Assembly (NCBI GenBank): GCA_965232515.1
Contig: CBDDPY010000002.1
Coordinates: forward strand, 6,624,001-6,688,000
Length of the DNA stretch: 64,000 nucleotides
Source: Alphaproteobacteria bacterium
GTDB taxonomy: Bacteria > Pseudomonadota > Alphaproteobacteria > GCA-2731375
Direction: 5' to 3'
Shown here in pieces: positions 39,066 to 49,804 of this stretch. The position numbers were made by a program, and so were the translations under genes. Position 1 is the first letter of the stretch, and each line of letters opens with the position of its first letter. The notes under the pieces were generated by a model that saw nothing but the letters and a program-made list of their open reading frames with translations, was not told where the DNA came from and did not search any database.

Positions 39066-39842
39066 CTAGGCGGCCCTGACGAACACCAGCTTGTTGATGT
39101 TCCGCCGGTCCGGCACCAGGTCGTCAAGCAAGCGCGTCACCGGCAACGCCATGGTCATGAGCAGGCGCTGCGCGGACCCGAACGCCTCGCCCTCGCGGTG
39201 CGCGCGCCGGCCGAAGACCGCGTTCAGCAGCCGCCAGACGCCGTTGCTGACCCGCGTTTTCAGGCTGTAGCGGTGCCGCAGCGTGAAGCCGTTTTGCGCA
39301 AACAGCTCGGCATAGATCTCGAGCCGCCGCGCCAGATAGGAGGTGTCGCGCGTGAGTTCGTCGTCGCCGATGGCTTCCATGACGACGACCTCGGACCGCG
39401 TCACGCGACAGATATCGGCGACCAGCGTGGTCAACATGGCGCCATCGGTGCAGTGCTGCAGCACGGTCGCGGTAAACGCCACGTCGACCGACCGTTCGTC
39501 GAGCGGAAGATGCGCGCCGTCCGACTTGTGAACGGTGACAGCGACGTCGCAATCGGCCGTCCCCGCCTTGGCGAGCGCCACCATGTCGGCCGAAATATCG
39601 CAGCCGATCAGCGCCTCGGGCGCCCTGTGGCCGGCCAGCCAGGCCAGATTGCCGCCCGGACCGCAGCCGACCTCGAGCACCGTCTTGCGGTCGACGTCGA
39701 CCTTTGCGAGGCAGGCGTTCAGGAACTTGGCGCGTCGATATCGGTGGAACGGGTCGTCGTCGCCGGCCACGACGTTGCCTGCGTCGCGCCGTCCGATTTC
39801 CGATGCGACCCGTGACCAGTACGCTTCAGCGTCATAAGCCAA
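39066..39842 (-). CDS. Class I SAM-dependent methyltransferase
   Basis: VLEVGCGPG, DIS, VLQH; TTG start. Confidence 0.88.
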   Translation of the reverse strand: MAYDAEAYWSRVASEIGRRDAGNVVAGDDDPFHRYRRAKFLNACLAKVDVDRKTVLEVGCGPGGNLAWLAGHRAPEALIGCDISADMVALAKAGTADCDVAVTVHKSDGAHLPLDERSVDVAFTATVLQHCTDGAMLTTLVADICRVTRSEVVVMEAIGDDELTRDTSYLARRLEIYAELFAQNGFTLRHRYSLKTRVSNGVWRLLNAVFGRRAHREGEAFGSAQRLLMTMALPVTRLLDDLVPDRRNINKLVFVRAA

Positions 39843-39959
39843 AACAAACCCCCAACGTCCGCCATCGAGGGATGATCGCGTTTAGGATATCGCATTGCGC
39901 GACCGTTCGCAGCCCGGTCTTTTGAGCACCGTCATATGGCGTGCGAACACGGCGGGCGG

Positions 39960-40030
39960 CGACCCGGTGATCCAGAACCGTGCCTTGATCGGGCGTTGCC
40001 TGGATTGCCGGATCGAGTGCGGCAACGGCG
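39960..40030. repeat. Degenerate RPE-like palindromic element
   Basis: GACCCGGTGATCCAG...CTGGATTGCCGGATCGAGTGCGGCAACG resembles alphaproteobacterial intergenic hairpins. Confidence 0.5.
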
Positions 40031-40272
40031 ACGATGGGACGCGTTCGTCCGGGAGACTGACCGGGCAACATTTCGACACTTTCGGAACAATCGAAACGGC
40101 CGGGATTTCCGCCATTCTTAGTTCTTGACGGTTCCTGTGCATGGGGTTGTTCCGCGATCTCCGCTGCGCGTACCCCCCCCCCGGCGAGCACGCACGGCCA
40201 TACGGGGCGGGAACGGGTGAGACGGGCTTGCCCCGCCGTAGCTCGCAGAGCGTAGGCGGGCGGGCGGGCTTG

Positions 40273-43023
40273 CTACTCCGCGGCGGCGGCGGGTCGGACG
40301 GGCTCGACCTTGACGGCGCAGTACTTAACCTCGGCGATCTTGCCGTAGGGGTCGAGGGCGTCGTTGGTCAAGAGGTTGGCCGCTGCCTCGGCGAAGCAGA
40401 ACGGCACGAAGACGCCGCCCTGGTGCACGCCCACGTCGGCGCGGGCAATCAGCTCGATCGCGCCGCGCCGGCTGGTCAGCCGCACGCGCGCGCCGGGGCT
40501 GAGCCCCAGGCGTTCCAGGTCGGCCGGCGCCATGTGCGCCACGGCCTCGGGCTCCAGGCTGTCGAGCACGCTTGCCCGCCTTGTGATGGCGCCGGTGTGC
40601 CAGTGCTCCAGCAGCCGCCCGGTCATCAGCACCATGGGGTAGTCCTGGTCCGGCACCTCGTCGGGCGACACCAGATCGGCCGGCACGAACTTGCCGCGGC
40701 CGCTCGCGGTGGGGAAGCCGTCTCCGAAGATCACCGGTTCGCCGGGATCGCCTTCCTGCAGGCAGGGATAGGTGACGGCGTCCTCGGCTTGCAGCCGTTC
40801 CCAGGTGATGCCGTGGATCGAGGCCATAACCTCGCGCATCTCGGCGAAGACGTCGGCCGGGCCCTTGTAGTCCCAGGCGAGGCCCAGGCGCCGGGCGATT
40901 TCCTGGATCAGCTCCAGGTCCTGGCGCGCCTCGCCCGGCAGCGGCACCGCCTTGCGACCGAGCTGGACCTGCCGGTTGGTGTTGGTGACCGTGCCGTCCT
41001 TCTCGGGCCAGGCCGACGCTGGCAGCACCACATCGGCATAGCACGCCGTCTCGGTCAGAAAGATGTCCTGCACCACCAGATGCTCGAGCTTCCGAAGCGC
41101 GGCGCGGGCGTGGCTGACGTTCGGGTCTGACATCGCCGGGTTCTCGCCCATGATGTACATGCCCCGGATCCGGTCGTCGTGGATTGCTTCCGTGATCTCG
41201 ACCACGGTCAGGCCCGGATTGGGATCGAGCTTGGCGTCCCAGAAATCCTCGAACTTCGCCCGCGCGCCGGCGTCGCCAACCGGCTGGTAGTCGGGAAAGA
41301 TCATGGGGATCAGGCCGGCGTCCGACGCGCCCTGCACGTTGTTCTGGCCCCTCAGCGGATGCAGGCCGGTGCCGGGCCGGCCGACCTGGCCGGTGGCGAG
41401 ACACAGCGAGATCAGACAACGCGAATTGTCGGTGCCGTGGATGTGCTGGCTGATGCCCATGCCCCAGAACACCATGGCCGCGCGCGCCGTGGCGAAGGCG
41501 CGGGCCGCCTCGCGCACCTGCTGGGCCGGCACGCCCGTATGCGGCTCCATCGCTTCCGGCGAGAAGGCTTTGACGTGTTCGGCCAGCGCTTCGTAGTTCT
41601 CGGTCTGGGCCTGGATGTACTGCCGGTCGGCCAGCCCCTCCTCGACAATGACGTGAAGCATGGCATTCAGCAGCGCCACGTCGCTCGCCGGTTTGATCTG
41701 CAGCATCCAGGTCGCGTGCCGGGCGAGCGAATAGCCGTGCGGGTCGACGCAGATCAGCTTGGTGCCGCGCTTCACCGCGTTCTTGAAAAAGGTCGCCGCG
41801 ACGGGGTGGTTCGAGGTCGGGTGCGCGCCGATGATCATGATCACGTCGGCGTTCATGGCCTCGGTGAACGGCGCGGTGACGGCGCCCGAGCCAATGGTCT
41901 CCATCAGCGCCGCCACCGACGACGCGTGACAGAGGCGCGTGCAGTGGTCGACGTTGTTGGTGCCGAAGCCGACGCGCACCAGCTTCTGGAACAGATACGC
42001 CTCTTCGTTCGAGCCTTTGGCCGAACCGAAGCCGGCGAGCGCGCCGCCGCCGTGCTGGTCGCGGATGCGGGCGAGACCGGCCGCCGCCCGGTCCAGCGCC
42101 TCCTCCCAGCTCGCCTCGCGGAAATGCGTCAGCGGATCGGCCGGATCGATGTCGACGTCGTCCTTCGCGACGCCGTCTTTCCGGATCAGCGGCACGGTCA
42201 GGCGCTGCGGGCTGTCGACATAGTCGAAGCCGAAGCGGCCCTTGACGCAGAGCCGGCCCAGGTTCGCCGGCCCCTCGCGGCCCTCGACATGGATGATGCG
42301 GTCGTCCTTGATGTTGAAGGTCAGCTGGCAGCCGACGCCGCAATAGGGGCAGACGGAATTCACCTGCCGGTCCGGCTCGATCTTGCCGACTTCGTTCGCC
42401 GGCATCAGCGCGCCGGTGGGGCAGGCCTGCACGCATTCGCCGCAGGCGACGCAGGTGCTCTCGCCCATGGGATCGTCGAAGTCGAAGACGATCTTCGCCT
42501 CGGCGCCGCGGCCGGCCATGCCGATCACGTCGTTCACCTGCACCTCGCGGCAGGCCCGGACACACAGGTTGCAGTGGATGCAGGCGTCCAGGTTCACCGC
42601 CATGGCCGGATGGCTGATGTCGGCGTCCGGCGTCAGGTGGGCGGGGAAGCGGCTGTCGGCGATGCCCAGATGATCGGCCCAGTGCCAGAACTCGGATGTC
42701 GGCTCGTGCGCCCGTTCCTTTGGCGGTTGGTCGGCGGCCAGCAGCTCGAACACCATGCGGCGCGCGTTGTCGGCCCGCGCGGTGTCGGAGTTGACCACCA
42801 TGCCGGGGCTCGGCTTGCGCACGCAGGACGCGGCCAGCACGCGCTCGCCCTCGATCTCGACCATGCAGGCGCGGCAATTGCCGTCGGCGCGGTAGGTCGG
42901 CGCCGTCGACCAGCAGAGATGCGGGATCTCGATGCCGATGCGTTTCGCCACCAGCCAGATGCTTTCGTCCCCGCGGGCGGTGACCTTGCGGCCGTTGAAG
43001 ATGAATTCGGTGCCGTCGCTCAT
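40273..43023 (-). CDS. fdhF: Formate dehydrogenase alpha subunit (Mo/W-bisPGD, NAD-linked)
   Basis: N-terminal 2Fe-2S/4Fe-4S motifs, CPYCGVGC, DHCTRLCHA (Cys ligand), RGQNNVQG. Confidence 0.96.
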   Translation of the reverse strand: MSDGTEFIFNGRKVTARGDESIWLVAKRIGIEIPHLCWSTAPTYRADGNCRACMVEIEGERVLAASCVRKPSPGMVVNSDTARADNARRMVFELLAADQPPKERAHEPTSEFWHWADHLGIADSRFPAHLTPDADISHPAMAVNLDACIHCNLCVRACREVQVNDVIGMAGRGAEAKIVFDFDDPMGESTCVACGECVQACPTGALMPANEVGKIEPDRQVNSVCPYCGVGCQLTFNIKDDRIIHVEGREGPANLGRLCVKGRFGFDYVDSPQRLTVPLIRKDGVAKDDVDIDPADPLTHFREASWEEALDRAAAGLARIRDQHGGGALAGFGSAKGSNEEAYLFQKLVRVGFGTNNVDHCTRLCHASSVAALMETIGSGAVTAPFTEAMNADVIMIIGAHPTSNHPVAATFFKNAVKRGTKLICVDPHGYSLARHATWMLQIKPASDVALLNAMLHVIVEEGLADRQYIQAQTENYEALAEHVKAFSPEAMEPHTGVPAQQVREAARAFATARAAMVFWGMGISQHIHGTDNSRCLISLCLATGQVGRPGTGLHPLRGQNNVQGASDAGLIPMIFPDYQPVGDAGARAKFEDFWDAKLDPNPGLTVVEITEAIHDDRIRGMYIMGENPAMSDPNVSHARAALRKLEHLVVQDIFLTETACYADVVLPASAWPEKDGTVTNTNRQVQLGRKAVPLPGEARQDLELIQEIARRLGLAWDYKGPADVFAEMREVMASIHGITWERLQAEDAVTYPCLQEGDPGEPVIFGDGFPTASGRGKFVPADLVSPDEVPDQDYPMVLMTGRLLEHWHTGAITRRASVLDSLEPEAVAHMAPADLERLGLSPGARVRLTSRRGAIELIARADVGVHQGGVFVPFCFAEAAANLLTNDALDPYGKIAEVKYCAVKVEPVRPAAAAE

Positions 43024-43033
43024 CTCGCGGCCC

Positions 43034-44746
43034 TCACGGCTTCCGACGCGGAATGTCGTCGGGGAAATACTTGAACACCGACAGCAGGCCGTTGGGCGCC
43101 GCCTGGCCCAAGCCGCAGATCGACGCGTCCATCATGCAGCCGCTCAGATCCGACAGCAGCGCCTCGTCCCAGTCCTTGGCCTGCATCAATTTGACGGCCT
43201 TCTCGGTGCCGGCGCGGCAGGGCGTGCACTGGCCGCAGGACTCGTCCTCGAAAAACCGCATCAGGTTCAGCGCCGCGTCGCTGGCATCGTCCCGGTCCGA
43301 CAGCACGACGACGGCGGCCGAGCCGATCAGGCAGCCATATTCCTCCAGCGTGCCGAAATCGAGCGGCAGGTCGGCGAGGCGCGCGGGCAGGATACCGCCC
43401 GAGGCGCCGCCCGGCAGATAGCCCTTGAACACATGACCGTCGGCCATGCCGCCGCAATACTCGTCGATCAGTTCGCGCGCGGTGATGCCGGCCGGCGCGA
43501 ACTTCACGCCCGGCTCCTTGACCCGGCCCGAGACCGAGAACGAGCGCCAGCCCTTGTGGCCGCGACGACCGGCCGATGTGAACCAGTCGTGGCCCTTCTC
43601 GATCAGGTCGCGCACCCAGTAGAGCGTCTCGACATTGTTGATCAGCGTCGGCCGGCCGAACAGGCCGACCTGACTGGGGAAGGGGGGCTTGTGCCGGGGC
43701 AAGCCGCGCTTGCCTTCGATGCTTTCCAGCATCGCCGACTCCTCGCCGCAGATATAGGCGCCGGCGCCGCGCCGGATGTGCACCTCCGGCGTGACCAGTC
43801 CGGCCGCGCGCGCATCGTCCAGCGCCCGCCCGAGGATCTCGTGCAGCTCGGGATATTCCGTGCGCAGGTAGATATAGACGGCGTCGGCCTCGATCGCCCA
43901 GGCGCCGATCAGCATGCCCTCCAAAAACCGGTGCGGGTCGCGCTCCAGGTAATAGCGGTCCTTGAAGGTGCCGGGCTCGCTCTCGTCCGCGTTCACCGCC
44001 ATCAGCCGCGGTCCGGGCTCGGCGCGCACGAAGCGCCACTTGCGGCCGGCCGGGAAGCCGGCGCCGCCCAGCCCGCGCAGGCCACTGTCCTCCAACGCCT
44101 GGATCACGTCCTCTGCCATACGTTCGCCCGCCATGCAGGCCGTCAGCAGGCCATAGCCGCCATCGGCGCGGTAGGCGTCCAATCCGACTGTTTCGTAGTC
44201 CTGCGGCGTCCGGTAGGTGCCGGCGACCGTCGCCTCGACATCTTCGGCCGTGGCGTTGGGAACATAGGTGCGGCCGACCGAACAGACCGGCCCCTGTTCG
44301 CAGCGCCCCATGCAGGCGCCGTGCGTCACCTGCACGTTGTCGCCGAGCTTCGTCTTCAGCTCGGCCGTGAGATCGCCGCCGCCCAGCATCTCGCAGACCA
44401 GGCTGTCGCAGACCCGGACCGTCACCGGCGGCGGCGGGGTCGCGTCTTCCTTCACCACGTCGAAGGCGTGATAGAAAGTCGCGACCTCATAGACCTCGGC
44501 CATGGCGAGGCGCATCTCGGCGGCCAGCGCCGCCAGGTGCCGGGCGGAGAGGTGGCCGTGGCGGTCCTGCAGCAGGTGCAGGAACTCGACCAGCAGGTCG
44601 GCGCGCCGGGGTCGATCGCCGAGCAAGGCCTGCACCTCGCCGAGCGCGGTCGGATCGACCTGCCGGCCCTTCAGGTGCCGCAGACCCTTGCCCCGGCTTT
44701 TGCCGGGGTGGCGTTGTTGTCCGTTCGCGCCGTTGCCCTTGCTCAT
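43034..44746 (-). CDS. Formate dehydrogenase beta subunit, fused NuoE-like + NuoF-like
   Basis: VATFY, C..C 2Fe-2S, GLGGAGFP, NADESEPGTFKDR, GAYICGEE, ESCGQCTPCR. Confidence 0.95.
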   Translation of the reverse strand: MSKGNGANGQQRHPGKSRGKGLRHLKGRQVDPTALGEVQALLGDRPRRADLLVEFLHLLQDRHGHLSARHLAALAAEMRLAMAEVYEVATFYHAFDVVKEDATPPPPVTVRVCDSLVCEMLGGGDLTAELKTKLGDNVQVTHGACMGRCEQGPVCSVGRTYVPNATAEDVEATVAGTYRTPQDYETVGLDAYRADGGYGLLTACMAGERMAEDVIQALEDSGLRGLGGAGFPAGRKWRFVRAEPGPRLMAVNADESEPGTFKDRYYLERDPHRFLEGMLIGAWAIEADAVYIYLRTEYPELHEILGRALDDARAAGLVTPEVHIRRGAGAYICGEESAMLESIEGKRGLPRHKPPFPSQVGLFGRPTLINNVETLYWVRDLIEKGHDWFTSAGRRGHKGWRSFSVSGRVKEPGVKFAPAGITARELIDEYCGGMADGHVFKGYLPGGASGGILPARLADLPLDFGTLEEYGCLIGSAAVVVLSDRDDASDAALNLMRFFEDESCGQCTPCRAGTEKAVKLMQAKDWDEALLSDLSGCMMDASICGLGQAAPNGLLSVFKYFPDDIPRRKP

Positions 44747-44845
44747 ATCGTTCCGTCAGCCGTCACCGCGCCCTGAAATCTAGCCTCGGGCGAAACCGTC
44801 AATCCGGCCCCTGCCGACATCGGCTGGTCAGATGGCGGCACCGCG

Positions 44846-45031
44846 CTAGTCGCCCCGGCCGTCGGCGACCACGATCAGGTCGATGACGTCGCCCAGGATC
44901 AACTGCTTGCCTTCATGTTCGAAGTTGACGGTGATTCGGTTGCCGATCACCGACTGTACCTGGCCGTCGCCCCAATCCGGCCGGTCGGGATGGCGCACGA
45001 TCGCGCCCGGCACGATCTGACCGTAGCTCAT
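44846..45031 (-). CDS. DUF3553 small SH3-like protein
   Basis: VRHPDRPDWG.GQVQS....TVNF...GK. Confidence 0.85.
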   Translation of the reverse strand: MSYGQIVPGAIVRHPDRPDWGDGQVQSVIGNRITVNFEHEGKQLILGDVIDLIVVADGRGD

Positions 45032-45177
45032 GATGTCCAAGTATTCGCAAGCAGTTGACGGTTTGGCGAAGCCTAGCGCCTCGGGCCGACGGCGGCAAAC
45101 GGCGCGTGTCCGTTTACATGGCGGTTTCGATATGTTGAGAATGGCGCGCGATAACGGTCCTGGTCAGGAATCCGATT

Positions 45178-45825
45178 TTGAGCAACGAACTCGATCTCGC
45201 CGCCCTTCTCAGTTCACGTCTCTGCCACGATCTGGTCGGCCCCGTCGGGGCGATCGGCAACGGCCTGGAAGTCATGCAGGATGACGACGACCCGGCGATG
45301 CGCGATCAGGCCATCGAGCTGCTGGGCCTGAGCGTCGGCCAGGCGCTCGGCCGGCTGAAATTCTACCGCATGGCCTTCGGCGCCTCGTCCGGCGCCGGCG
45401 CCGACATCAGCCTGCGCGACGCCCGCCAGGTGGCGCAGGACTTCCTGGAGGGCGGCCGGGTGACGCTCGACTGGCCGGACGACAGCGTCACCGTCGACGG
45501 CGGCATCGGCAAATCGGCGGTGAAGCTGTTGATGAACATGGTCCTGCTCGGCAGCGAGGCGCTGCCCCGGGGCGGCAGCCTTGCCGTGGCCATCAGCCGC
45601 AACGGCGCTGGCAGCCATCTTGCCGTCACGGCCTCGGGGGAGGGCGCCCGCCTGCCGGACAAGGCGGTGGTGGCGTTGCGCCCGGACGTCAGCCTGGGCG
45701 AGGTCGAGCCCAAGGCGGCGCCGGTCTACCTCGCGGTGCAGCTGGCCCGCGCGCTCGGCAGCGAGCTGCGCGCGGCGCAAGCCGATGACAAGGTCTCGAT
45801 CGACGCGGAACCCCGCCAAGTGTGA
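45178..45825 (+). CDS. chpT: Histidine phosphotransferase ChpT
   Basis: LLSSRLCHDLVGPVGAI.NGLE, RMAFGA, LPRGG. Confidence 0.95.
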   Translation: MSNELDLAALLSSRLCHDLVGPVGAIGNGLEVMQDDDDPAMRDQAIELLGLSVGQALGRLKFYRMAFGASSGAGADISLRDARQVAQDFLEGGRVTLDWPDDSVTVDGGIGKSAVKLLMNMVLLGSEALPRGGSLAVAISRNGAGSHLAVTASGEGARLPDKAVVALRPDVSLGEVEPKAAPVYLAVQLARALGSELRAAQADDKVSIDAEPRQV

Positions 45826-46162
45826 CGACGGACACAGGCGGCGACCCGATTTTACGCCATTTTAATGTGCATAAGAGATAGTGGATCGTTGTGAATCGTT
45901 GCGTATCAACGCGTATCAAACGTTCCCACATGGCCGTCCGGAACCGGGCGAACGATGGCCGAGATGAGCGTGATAGAGACTGAAGTTCCGTACTGGCGAT
46001 CGCCTTTCGGCGGCGTCTCTCAGAGCGCCCCGGGGCTCGGGCGCAAATACCGCACAAACGCAAACAAGACCACAAAAAGGCATGAAAAATGCGCTCCACC
46101 AGCGTGTGGAGCTGGCCGTTCTGGCATGACGGGGGAGAGCTTTGCTTTTGGAGTCCGAGAAC

Positions 46163-46531
46163 ATGACATCCTGTCTCATCGTCGATGATTCGAACGTCAT
46201 CCGCATGGTCGCGCGCCGTATCCTCGAATCCTTCTCCTTCGACATCACAGAGGCCGTCGACGGCCGCCAGGCGCTCGATATGTGCTGCAAGGACATGCCG
46301 GACGTGATCCTGCTGGACTGGAACATGCCGGTCATGAACGGCATCGACTTCCTGCACCGGCTGCGCGAGCACGAGGGCGGCGAGGCGCCGGTGGTGGTGT
46401 TCTGCACCACCGAGAACGATCGGGCGCATCTGCGCGAGGCCATCGAGGCCGGCGCCAACGAGTGCATCATGAAGCCGTTCGACCGCGACATCATCGAGGC
46501 CAAGTTCGTTCAGGTCGGGCTCCTGCAGTAA
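46163..46531 (+). CDS. cheY: CheY-like single-domain response regulator
   Basis: CLIVDDS, LLDWNMP, FCTTEND, MKPFD. Confidence 0.9.
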   Translation: MTSCLIVDDSNVIRMVARRILESFSFDITEAVDGRQALDMCCKDMPDVILLDWNMPVMNGIDFLHRLREHEGGEAPVVVFCTTENDRAHLREAIEAGANECIMKPFDRDIIEAKFVQVGLLQ

Positions 46532-46568
46532 CCGGTATCGCGCACTCCCCCGGCTGCGGCCCGGGCAC

Positions 46569-46598
46569 AAAAAAAGCCACCCGTAAGGGTGGCTTTTT
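46569..46598. terminator. Bidirectional rho-independent terminator
   Basis: AAAAAAAGCCACCC-GTAA-GGGTGGCTTTTT between convergent cheY and ctrA. Confidence 0.9.
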
Positions 46599-46626
46599 GA
46601 GTTCTGCGTGTCGCTCTTGAGAACCC

Positions 46627-47328
46627 TCAGGCGGCGGCGTCCTCTTCGGAGGCCGGCGGATCGCGCAGCACGTAGCCGCGTCCCCAAACCGTCTCGATGT
46701 AGTGATCGCCGCCGGTGGCCATGGCCAGCTTCTTGCGCAGCTTGCAGATGAAGACGTCGATGATCTTCAACTCTGGCTCGTCCATGCCGCCGTAGAGATG
46801 GTTCAGAAACATCTCCTTGGTCAGCGTCGTGCCCTTGCGCAGCGACAGCAGCTCCAGCATGGCGTATTCCTTGCCGGTCAGGTGCAGGCGCTGGCCTTCG
46901 ACCTCGACCGAACGGGAGTCGAGATTGACGGTCAGCTTGCCGGTGCGGATGACCGACTCGGCGTGGCCCTTCGAGCGGCGCACGATCGCGTGGATGCGGG
47001 CGATCAGCTCGCGCTTGTCGAACGGCTTGGTCATGTAGTCGTCGGCGCCGAAGCCCAGGCCCTTGACCTTGTCATCGGGCTCGGACATGCCGGACAGGAT
47101 CAGGATCGGCGTCTCGACCTTGGCCACCCGCATCTTCTTCAGCACGTCATAGCCGTGCATATCGGGCAGGTTCAGATCGAGAATAATGATGTCGTAGTCG
47201 TAGAGCTTGCCGAGATCCAGACCTTCTTCGCCGAGGTCTGTCGTGTAAATGTTAAAGCCCTCGCTCTGGAGCATCAGTTCGATGCTCTTGGCGGTAGGCG
47301 AGTCGTCTTCGATCAAAAGCACACGCAT
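46627..47328 (-). CDS. ctrA: Cell-cycle response regulator CtrA
   Basis: [54 protein letters not shown]. Confidence 0.98.
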   Translation of the reverse strand: MRVLLIEDDSPTAKSIELMLQSEGFNIYTTDLGEEGLDLGKLYDYDIIILDLNLPDMHGYDVLKKMRVAKVETPILILSGMSEPDDKVKGLGFGADDYMTKPFDKRELIARIHAIVRRSKGHAESVIRTGKLTVNLDSRSVEVEGQRLHLTGKEYAMLELLSLRKGTTLTKEMFLNHLYGGMDEPELKIIDVFICKLRKKLAMATGGDHYIETVWGRGYVLRDPPASEEDAAA

Positions 47329-47376
47329 CTATCGGTCTCCGTGGCGTACCGTAAAGTTTAATTAACAGTACCAAGA

Positions 47377-47391
47377 TTAAGATATGGTTAA
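47377..47391. promoter_or_regulatory. CtrA binding site
   Basis: TTAA-GATATGG-TTAA in the ctrA/fliI divergent region. Confidence 0.85.
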
Positions 47392-47560
47392 CAGAGGCCC
47401 GGTTAGCCGTTGTTTTAATTTACTTTTATCCGTTCGGGCGGGTTGCCGAACCACGCGTCGGTAAGTGTTTTACCGAACCTTAAAGCCGCTGCTTCACTAT
47501 CCGATTCGGGAGGCCCATGGGGCCAGGCTTAAGGCCTTATGACGTTACCGGATCAGTTCC

Positions 47561-48937
47561 TTGCAAACCCTTGTCAGTGAAATTCAGCGTCTGCCCGCCT
47601 ATCAGCTCTATGGGCGCGTGGCGGGCGTCCAGGGCCTGCTGCTGGAAGTCGCCGGCATCGAGCGCAGCCTGAGCATCGGCTCGCACTGCCGCATTCAGGC
47701 GCGCGGCGGGGCCGAGGTGCTGGCCGAAGTCGTCGGCTTTCGAAACGATCGTGCGCTGCTGATGCCGTTCGGGCCGCTCGACGGCGTCGGCCTGGGCTGT
47801 AAGGCCTATGTGGAGGAGCACAGGTCGTTCGTCTTTCCGGACCCGTCCTGGCTGGGCCGGGTGGTCAACGCCATGGGCGAGCCGCTGGATGGCGGGCCGC
47901 CGTTGCGACAGGGCAACGTCGCCTTTCCGCTGCGCGGCATGCCGCCACCGGCCCATGCACGGCAGCGGGTCGAAGGCAAAATCGACCTGGGCGTGCGTGC
48001 GCTCAATACCTTCCTGACCTGTTGTCACGGCCAGCGCATGGGCATTTTCGCCGGCTCGGGCGTCGGCAAATCCGTGATGCTGTCGATGCTGGCCCGCCAC
48101 ACAGATTCAGATGTGGCGGTGATCGGTCTGGTCGGTGAACGTGGCCGCGAGGTGCAGGAGTTCATCAAGAAGGACTTGGGCGAAGAGGGTTTGCGCCGCA
48201 GCATCATCGTCGTCGCCACCTCGGCCGAGACCGCGCTGATGCGGCGGCAGGCGGCCTACCTGACGATGACGCTGGCCGAATACTTCCGGGATCTGGACAA
48301 AAGCGTGCTGTGCATGATGGACAGCGTGACGCGCTTCGCCATGGCCCAGCGCGAGATCGGCCTGGCGGGCGGCGAACCGCCGGCCAGCAAAGGTTACACG
48401 CCATCGGTGTTTGCCGAGCTGCCGAAGCTGCTGGAGCGGGCCGGCCCCGGCACCGGCCAGGGCTTCATCACCGGCCTGTTCACGGTCCTGGTCGAGGGCG
48501 ACGATCACAACGAGCCGGTCTCGGATGCCGTGCGCGGCATCTTGGACGGCCACATCGTGCTGGATCGCGCCATCGCCGAGCGCGGCCGCTGGCCGGCTGT
48601 GAATGTGCTGCGCAGCATTTCGCGGACCATGCCGGACTGTAACGCGCCCGAGGAGACAGCCGTGATCGTGCGCGCCAAGCAGTTGATGGCGACGTATGAG
48701 AACATGGAAGAGCTGATCCGGCTCGGCGCCTATCGGGTCGGCACCGATGCAGCTATCGACGAAGCCATCCGTTATCACGACGGCCTGGAGGCGTTCCTTT
48801 CGCAGGGCAAGGACGAGGTCTCGCGGCTCGGCGACGGGTTCGCCCAACTGGCGCAACTGCTCGACGCCAATGCCGGACCTGGCGACGAGCTGCCGCCCGA
48901 CCCGGGTCAGCAGCCGGATGCTGAGGTTCTGACGTGA
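47561..48937 (+). CDS. fliI: Flagellar export ATPase
   Basis: [27 protein letters not shown]. Confidence 0.96.
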   Translation: MQTLVSEIQRLPAYQLYGRVAGVQGLLLEVAGIERSLSIGSHCRIQARGGAEVLAEVVGFRNDRALLMPFGPLDGVGLGCKAYVEEHRSFVFPDPSWLGRVVNAMGEPLDGGPPLRQGNVAFPLRGMPPPAHARQRVEGKIDLGVRALNTFLTCCHGQRMGIFAGSGVGKSVMLSMLARHTDSDVAVIGLVGERGREVQEFIKKDLGEEGLRRSIIVVATSAETALMRRQAAYLTMTLAEYFRDLDKSVLCMMDSVTRFAMAQREIGLAGGEPPASKGYTPSVFAELPKLLERAGPGTGQGFITGLFTVLVEGDDHNEPVSDAVRGILDGHIVLDRAIAERGRWPAVNVLRSISRTMPDCNAPEETAVIVRAKQLMATYENMEELIRLGAYRVGTDAAIDEAIRYHDGLEAFLSQGKDEVSRLGDGFAQLAQLLDANAGPGDELPPDPGQQPDAEVLT

Positions 48938-49353
48938 GCCGGCGGCTGGCCGGACTGATCCGCCTGCAGCGCTGGAAGGTCGACGAGAAGCGGCGGGCGC
49001 TGGCCGATCTGCAAGCTCTGCATGCCGAATTGTCGGCCAAGGTCGAGGCGCTCGAGGCCGAGGTCGTTGCGGAGCAGCAAAGCGCCGCCGCCAACGGCAC
49101 TGCCTTTGCCTACCGCGCATATGCCGAACAGGTCATTCAGCGCCGCGAGACGCTGGCAGAATCGATTGCCGAGGTTTTGCAAGCGTTGATGAAGGCGCAG
49201 GGCGAGCTGTCGGACGCCTATCAGGAAGCCAAACGCTATGAAATGGCCCAGGATCGGGCGCAACAGCGGCTGGCGGCCGAAGCCGCGCGTCGCGAGCAGA
49301 TCGACCTGGACGAGATCGGGCTGAATATCTACCGCCGAAGCAAAGCCGACTGA
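48934..49353 (+). CDS. fliJ: Flagellar export protein FliJ
   Basis: Coiled coil, EQIDLDEIG, overlaps fliI. Confidence 0.88.
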   Translation: MSRRLAGLIRLQRWKVDEKRRALADLQALHAELSAKVEALEAEVVAEQQSAAANGTAFAYRAYAEQVIQRRETLAESIAEVLQALMKAQGELSDAYQEAKRYEMAQDRAQQRLAAEAARREQIDLDEIGLNIYRRSKAD

Positions 49354-49366
49354 GGCCCGGATCGGA

Positions 49367-49801
49367 CTACCAGACTTCGAGCCTGTCCAGCAGGTGCGGC
49401 GTGTCCCAACCGGGCTGCCGGTCTTCGAGCACGACGCGGTGACCGTCGCCGACATCGACGCGCAGGTTCAGCCAGCGCGGCACCAGTTCATTGTTCAGGT
49501 CGTCGAACGCGGCCGTCGCCAGCGCTTCGGGCGAGGTCCAATCCTGGGATGCCAGGACGCTTCCGTATGGAGGCAGGGCGTCGGTCGCGAGGATTAGTCT
49601 GTCGGGCACGAACCGGAACGTCAGCATCACAAGCGCGGGCATCTCAGGCGGCAGCGCGTCGGCCGGCAGTGTCTGCCGGTGCAGACCCAGATAATCCAGC
49701 CCCGGCCGGGGATTGGGTGAGGTCAACAGCATCCGCCGCCGTTCGCCGACCGGATCGGAGTCCGTAAACGCGGCGGGCTCGAGCTCGACGATGGCCGACA
49801 T
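49367..49801 (-). CDS. Hypothetical protein with degenerate QueF/T-fold resemblance
   Basis: PNPRPGLDY, FVPDRLIL, E......DDLNNELVPRWL; no catalytic Cys. Confidence 0.65.
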   Translation of the reverse strand: MSAIVELEPAAFTDSDPVGERRRMLLTSPNPRPGLDYLGLHRQTLPADALPPEMPALVMLTFRFVPDRLILATDALPPYGSVLASQDWTSPEALATAAFDDLNNELVPRWLNLRVDVGDGHRVVLEDRQPGWDTPHLLDRLEVW

Positions 49802-49804
49802 GGA

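Noticed and set aside
40173-40183. Poly-C run
   Set aside because: Intergenic, downstream of fdhF, with no evident coding or promoter effect
41920-41945. Selenocysteine recoding in FDH alpha
   Set aside because: The ligand codon is TGT (Cys) and the ORF is uninterrupted
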